Made by a program: the position numbers and the translations under genes. Source: an uncultured Gemmatimonadales bacterium (GTDB taxonomy: Bacteria; Gemmatimonadota; Gemmatimonadetes; Gemmatimonadales; Gemmatimonadaceae). From it: a stretch of DNA of 64,000 nucleotides. The notes beneath the pieces were generated by a model. The model searched no databases. It saw only the letters and a program-made list of their open reading frames with translations, and was not told the origin of the DNA. The stretch spans positions 832,001-896,000 of the forward strand of contig CAWKNZ010000002.1 of the NCBI GenBank assembly GCA_963851265.1, read 5' to 3'. Shown in pieces: positions 60,040 through 64,000 of this stretch (positions are counted from its first letter, which is position 1; every line of letters starts with the position of its first letter).

Positions 60040-63000
60040 AACGAAAGTCGTGCGATCGGAACGTCAGCCCCGCGCCGTCGCCCGACGCCGCGTTGCCGCC
60101 GTTCGCGGCCACCACCGCCTCGAGTGGCTCCACCGCCCGGGCCACCACGTTCACGAGCGCCCCGTCCTTCTCCGCGCGTCCGTACACCACGGCGAACAGC
60201 GCCCGGTGCACCGCCTCGCGGCTCTTCTCGGCGAGCTGCTGGTTGACGATCACGTTCACCGTCCCGTGCTCGTCCTCCAGCAGCAGGAACACCGTGCCCT
60301 TCGCCGTCGACGGCTTCTGCCGCACGATCACGAGCCCCGCCACCACCACCTGCGTTCCCGTGCGGCACCGCGCCACCCCGGCGCTGTGCAGCGCCCCCAC
60401 CCGATCGCACCATGCGCGGTACCGCGCCATCGGGTGTCCGTCCACCGACAGCCCCACCGCGCGGTAGTCCGCCACCACCGCCGCGTGCTGGTCTAACGCG
60501 TCCGGCGCGTGCCCGTCGTCCGCGTCGCCCGCCCCGGCGTCGCGCGCCGGCGCCAGCGGCAGCGTGTCGCCCACCACGCGCAGCGCCGCCCACCCCGCCC
60601 GCCGCCGGTCGGGCTCCCACACCGCGAACGCGTGCGCCCGCGCCAGCGCCGTCGCCTCGGCCCGCACGAGCCCCGCCCGCCGCACCACGTCGGCCACCGA
60701 GCGGAACGGCCCCCCCGCGCGCGCCGCCGTCAGCCGCGCCAGCGCGCCGTCGCCGAGCCCGCGCACGTGCCGCCACCCCACGCGCAGGGCCGGCGCGTCG
60801 GGCGCGTCGTCGCGCTCCTCCACGGTGCACTCCGCCGCCCCGAACGCGAGGCACGGCAGCCGCACCTCCAGCCCGTGCCGCCGCGCGTCGTGCACGAGCG
60901 TGCTCACCGAGTAGAAGCCCATCGGCTGCGCGTTCAGCAGCCCCGCGTAGAACGCCGCCGGGTGGTGCCGCTTGAGCCAGCACGTCGCGTACGCGATGAG
61001 CGCGAAGCTCCACGCGTGGCTCTCCGGAAACCCGTAGTTGCCGAACGAGCGCAGGTCGTCGGTCAGCTGCACCGCGGCCGCCTCGGGGATGCCGTGCGCG
61101 ACCATCCGCGCGCGCAGCGTCTCGAGCGCGGCCACGAGCCGCGCGAGCTTCCGCTGGTTCCCCATCGTGCGCCGCAGCTCGTCGGCGTCGGCCGGCGCGT
61201 AGCCGGCGAGCGCGATCGACAGCGCCATCGCCTGCTCCTGGAAGATGGGCAGCCCCTGCGTCCGCCCCAGGATCGGCTCCAGCCGCTCGCGCAGCCCGTC
61301 CGCGTACGCGACCTGCGCGCGCCCGCGCCGCCGCTCCACGTACGGCCGCACGAACTTCGCGACGATCGGCCCCGGCCGGATGAGCGCCACCTGCACGACG
61401 AGGTCGTAGAGCTTCTCGGGCCGCGTGTGCACGAGCGACGAGATCTGCGCGCGGCTCTCCACCTGGAACGTGCCGAACGTGTCCCCCGCCGCGATCATCC
61501 GGTACGTCGCGGGGTCGTCCGGCGGCAGCCGGTACATCTGCGGGCGCTCGCCGCTCCGCGCCTCGATCACGTCGAACGCGCGCCGCACCATCGAGAGCGC
61601 GCCGAGTCCGAGGAAGTCGAACTTCGGCACGCCGAGCGCGTCGAGGTCGTCCTTGTCGTACTGCAGGATCGTGCGCCCCATCGTCGTCGGCTCGACCGGG
61701 GCGGTCGCACCCAGCGGGTCGGCGGAGAGGACGAATCCGCCCGGGTGCGTGGAGCGCATCCGCGGCACCCCCTCGAACGCGGCCACCGCCCGCAGCAGCG
61801 CGTCGCCGCGCGGCGTCGCCGGGTCGAACCCCGCCGCGCTCAGTCCGTACTCGGCCGCGAGCCCGCCGCGCAACGCCTCGACCCCGGCCTCGGGGTCGGT
61901 ATGGTGCAGCCGCTTGGAGAGCGCGAACGCCACCGCCGGCGCCACCCCGTACGCCCGGCAGACGTCCTGCACCGCCGTGGGCGCGCTGTACGTCTGCACG
62001 ATGCACGCGATCGCCCCGTGGGACCGCCCGTAGCGCGCGTACACGTAGTCGAGCAGCTCCTCGCGCCGGTCGTGCTCCACGTCCACGTCGATGTCCGGCG
62101 CCTCGGTCATCCCGTCCGCCCGCGCCGCCGACAGGAAGCGCTCGAACAGCAGCCCGTGCGCCACCGGGTCGACCGCCGTGATGCCGAGCACGTAAGCGAC
62201 CGCCGAGTTGGCCGCCGACCCGCGCCCCTGGCAGAGGATGCCCCGCGCCCGCGCCTCGCGCACCGCGTCCCACATGACGAGGAAGAACCCCGAGAAGCCT
62301 AACGTGCCGATCACCCGCAGCTCGTGGTCGAGCTGCTGCCGCTGCGCCTCCGAGAGTGTTGCGCCCCACCGCTCGTGCGCGCCGTCGAGCACGCGCGCGC
62401 GCAGGAACGCGTCGGCGTCGTCCGCCCCGCCGGGCAGCGGAAAGCGCGGCATCGGCGGCCGCGCCCACGGCAGCTGGAAGTCGCACGCGGCCGCGACCGC
62501 GGCCGTCGCCTCGACCCCCGCCTCCCGCCCCGCCCACCGCCCCGCCACGGCCTCCGGGCTCGGCAGCCCCCACAGCTCGTTGGGCAGCAGCAGCCCGCGC
62601 GCGGCCGCGTCGTCGAGCGTCGTCCCGTGCCGCAGCGCGACGAGCACGTCGAAGGCGCGCCGCCCGGCCTCGCCCACGTAGCGCGAGTCGTTCGCGACGA
62701 CCCACTGCACCCCCTCGCGCTCCGCGAGCGCGGCGAGCGCGCCGGCGAGCGTCTCCTCTCGTCGCCCCGCGTGGTGCAGCTGCACCTCGACCGCCAGATG
62801 CGCCCCACCTCCCGCGCCCGCGAACGCCTCGCGCCACTCGGCGAGCAGCCGTGCGGCCTCCGCCCGCCGCCCACGCCGCAACAGCGCCCCCAGGTGCCCG
62901 CGCGTGGGCCCGGTGAGCAGCGTGAGCCCCGCCGCCCGCTCCGCCACCTCGCGCCAGCGCACCTGCGGATGCCCGCGCGGCGGCGCCTTCGCGGCGCGCC

Positions 63001-63325
63001 CGGCGTCGTCCCGCGACCATTCCGCCAGCCGCCCCGCGCGCGCCCGGGTGACGAGCGCGGCCAGGTGCCGGTACCCCTCCGCCGTGCGTGCGAGCAGGGC
63101 CAGCGGCCGCCCGTCGACCATCAGCTCCACCCCGACCACCGGCCGGACCTCGTGCCGCCGGCAGGCGAGCGCGAATCGCACCGCGCCCCCGAGGTCGCTC
63201 GCGTCCGTGAGGCCGAGGCTCGTGTATCCCAGCTCGGCCGCGCGCGCGGCGAGCTGCTCGGGCGTCGCCGAACTCGTCCCGAACGAGAACGCGCTGTGCG
63301 CGCGCAACTCCACGAAGCGCTCCAC
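60038..63325 (-). CDS. dnaE2: Error-prone DNA polymerase III alpha (DnaE2/ImuC)
   Basis: Degenerate PHP (ELRAHSAFSF), QGRGSAANS, PDIDVD, HPGGFV, KFDFLGL, YGFPESH, LLNAQPMGFY, C-terminal SHDFR signature. Confidence 0.95.
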   Translation of the reverse strand: MERFVELRAHSAFSFGTSSATPEQLAARAAELGYTSLGLTDASDLGGAVRFALACRRHEVRPVVGVELMVDGRPLALLARTAEGYRHLAALVTRARAGRLAEWSRDDAGRAAKAPPRGHPQVRWREVAERAAGLTLLTGPTRGHLGALLRRGRRAEAARLLAEWREAFAGAGGGAHLAVEVQLHHAGRREETLAGALAALAEREGVQWVVANDSRYVGEAGRRAFDVLVALRHGTTLDDAAARGLLLPNELWGLPSPEAVAGRWAGREAGVEATAAVAAACDFQLPWARPPMPRFPLPGGADDADAFLRARVLDGAHERWGATLSEAQRQQLDHELRVIGTLGFSGFFLVMWDAVREARARGILCQGRGSAANSAVAYVLGITAVDPVAHGLLFERFLSAARADGMTEAPDIDVDVEHDRREELLDYVYARYGRSHGAIACIVQTYSAPTAVQDVCRAYGVAPAVAFALSKRLHHTDPEAGVEALRGGLAAEYGLSAAGFDPATPRGDALLRAVAAFEGVPRMRSTHPGGFVLSADPLGATAPVEPTTMGRTILQYDKDDLDALGVPKFDFLGLGALSMVRRAFDVIEARSGERPQMYRLPPDDPATYRMIAAGDTFGTFQVESRAQISSLVHTRPEKLYDLVVQVALIRPGPIVAKFVRPYVERRRGRAQVAYADGLRERLEPILGRTQGLPIFQEQAMALSIALAGYAPADADELRRTMGNQRKLARLVAALETLRARMVAHGIPEAAAVQLTDDLRSFGNYGFPESHAWSFALIAYATCWLKRHHPAAFYAGLLNAQPMGFYSVSTLVHDARRHGLEVRLPCLAFGAAECTVEERDDAPDAPALRVGWRHVRGLGDGALARLTAARAGGPFRSVADVVRRAGLVRAEATALARAHAFAVWEPDRRRAGWAALRVVGDTLPLAPARDAGAGDADDGHAPDALDQHAAVVADYRAVGLSVDGHPMARYRAWCDRVGALHSAGVARCRTGTQVVVAGLVIVRQKPSTAKGTVFLLLEDEHGTVNVIVNQQLAEKSREAVHRALFAVVYGRAEKDGALVNVVARAVEPLEAVVAANGGNAASGDGAGLTFRSHDFR

Positions 63326-63356
63326 CCGGGCGCTCGTCAGGCCGGGGGCGCCGCGC

Positions 63357-64000
63357 TCAATCCCACCATCCGTGCAGGAACCACGGAGCGTCGTCCGCCG
63401 GCGCCCCGAGGTCGCGGTAGAGCAGCACCAGCTCGCCGCCCCCGGTGAGACACTGCCAGTACTCGCGCGAGAGGGGCGCCCCGGTCTCCGCCCCCGCCGT
63501 CACCCGGTCGGGCCCGACTGCCGTGACCACCTCGACGAGCGGAATTCCGCGCGGTGCTCGCACCCCCTCGGCCAGCCGCTCGCGGTAGCGCACCGGGACC
63601 AGGTGCCCGCGCTCGGCGCGCGTCGTCACCGCGAGCGGACGCGGGCGCGGGAGCACGCGCAGGTTCATCGGCTCCTGCACGCCGGTGGACGCGTCGCCGG
63701 GCGCCTCGCCGGGCGCCTCGCCGGGCGCGTCGGGTGTCGCCGCGCGGACGAGGCCTAACGTCACGCCGCCGCGCCCGCCTGGCGCCGCCCGCCGCGCGTC
63801 GGCCCCGCCCGGATGTAGCGTGAGCCGCGGCGTCTCGGGGGACACGGCGGGGGAGACGGCACGCGGCCGCCCCTCGCACACGACCGGCGCGGCGCGCCCC
63901 GCCCGCAGCGCGGCCTCGACCGTCGTCGGCTCCCAGGCGAGGCGCCGCTCGGGCAGCGCGTGTGCGCCCGCTACCGGCCGCACGGGGCGCCCGGCGCCAT
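63357..64000 (-). CDS. imuB: ImuB (inactive Y-family polymerase), 3' end only; the gene runs off the window
   Basis: H.LPER, GPDRV, REYW, LLYRD, terminal WFLHGWWD directly upstream of dnaE2; frame open to the window edge. Confidence 0.8.
   Translation of the reverse strand, partial: GAGRPVRPVAGAHALPERRLAWEPTTVEAALRAGRAAPVVCEGRPRAVSPAVSPETPRLTLHPGGADARRAAPGGRGGVTLGLVRAATPDAPGEAPGEAPGDASTGVQEPMNLRVLPRPRPLAVTTRAERGHLVPVRYRERLAEGVRAPRGIPLVEVVTAVGPDRVTAGAETGAPLSREYWQCLTGGGELVLLYRDLGAPADDAPWFLHGWWD

Overview
Very GC-rich bacterial chromosomal DNA. Gene content and style suggest Gemmatimonadota or a similar lineage (inference only). 1-20.6 kb is an aromatic amino-acid catabolic region: paaABCD, a divergent fused 2-oxoacid dehydrogenase E1 alpha/beta, frameshifted paaG, paaH, paaI, paaJ/pcaF, paaY, paaZ, a Ser/Thr kinase ending in an LprI-like domain, hppD, tRNA-Asn, hmgA, a PLP aminotransferase and a flavin amine oxidase. 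20.6-35 kb is mostly core genes: GHL10 lipoprotein, apaG, infA, cupin, tex, ybbP/ybbA/tesA, efp with a PGN loop, eight clustered tRNAs, an HMA chaperone, hemQ/chdC and tRNA-Pro. 35-52 kb is an accessory signalling and lipoprotein block: kinase-TPR, lipoproteins, PAS histidine kinase, frameshifted PAS-GGDEF-EAL and an MCP. 52-64 kb holds a quinone oxidoreductase, GH9, a discoidin-containing glycosidase, an M13 peptidase, dnaE2 and the 3' end of imuB. The most striking unexplained signal is a dispersed non-palindromic motif, (Y)GTTAGGC. I counted 22 copies by eye plus 2 GTTAGAC variants. It occurs inside genes in different reading frames, at stop codons and between genes, and it accounts for most of the rare TTA codons I saw. 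Starts are chosen by eye and all family calls come from motif recognition, not database searches.
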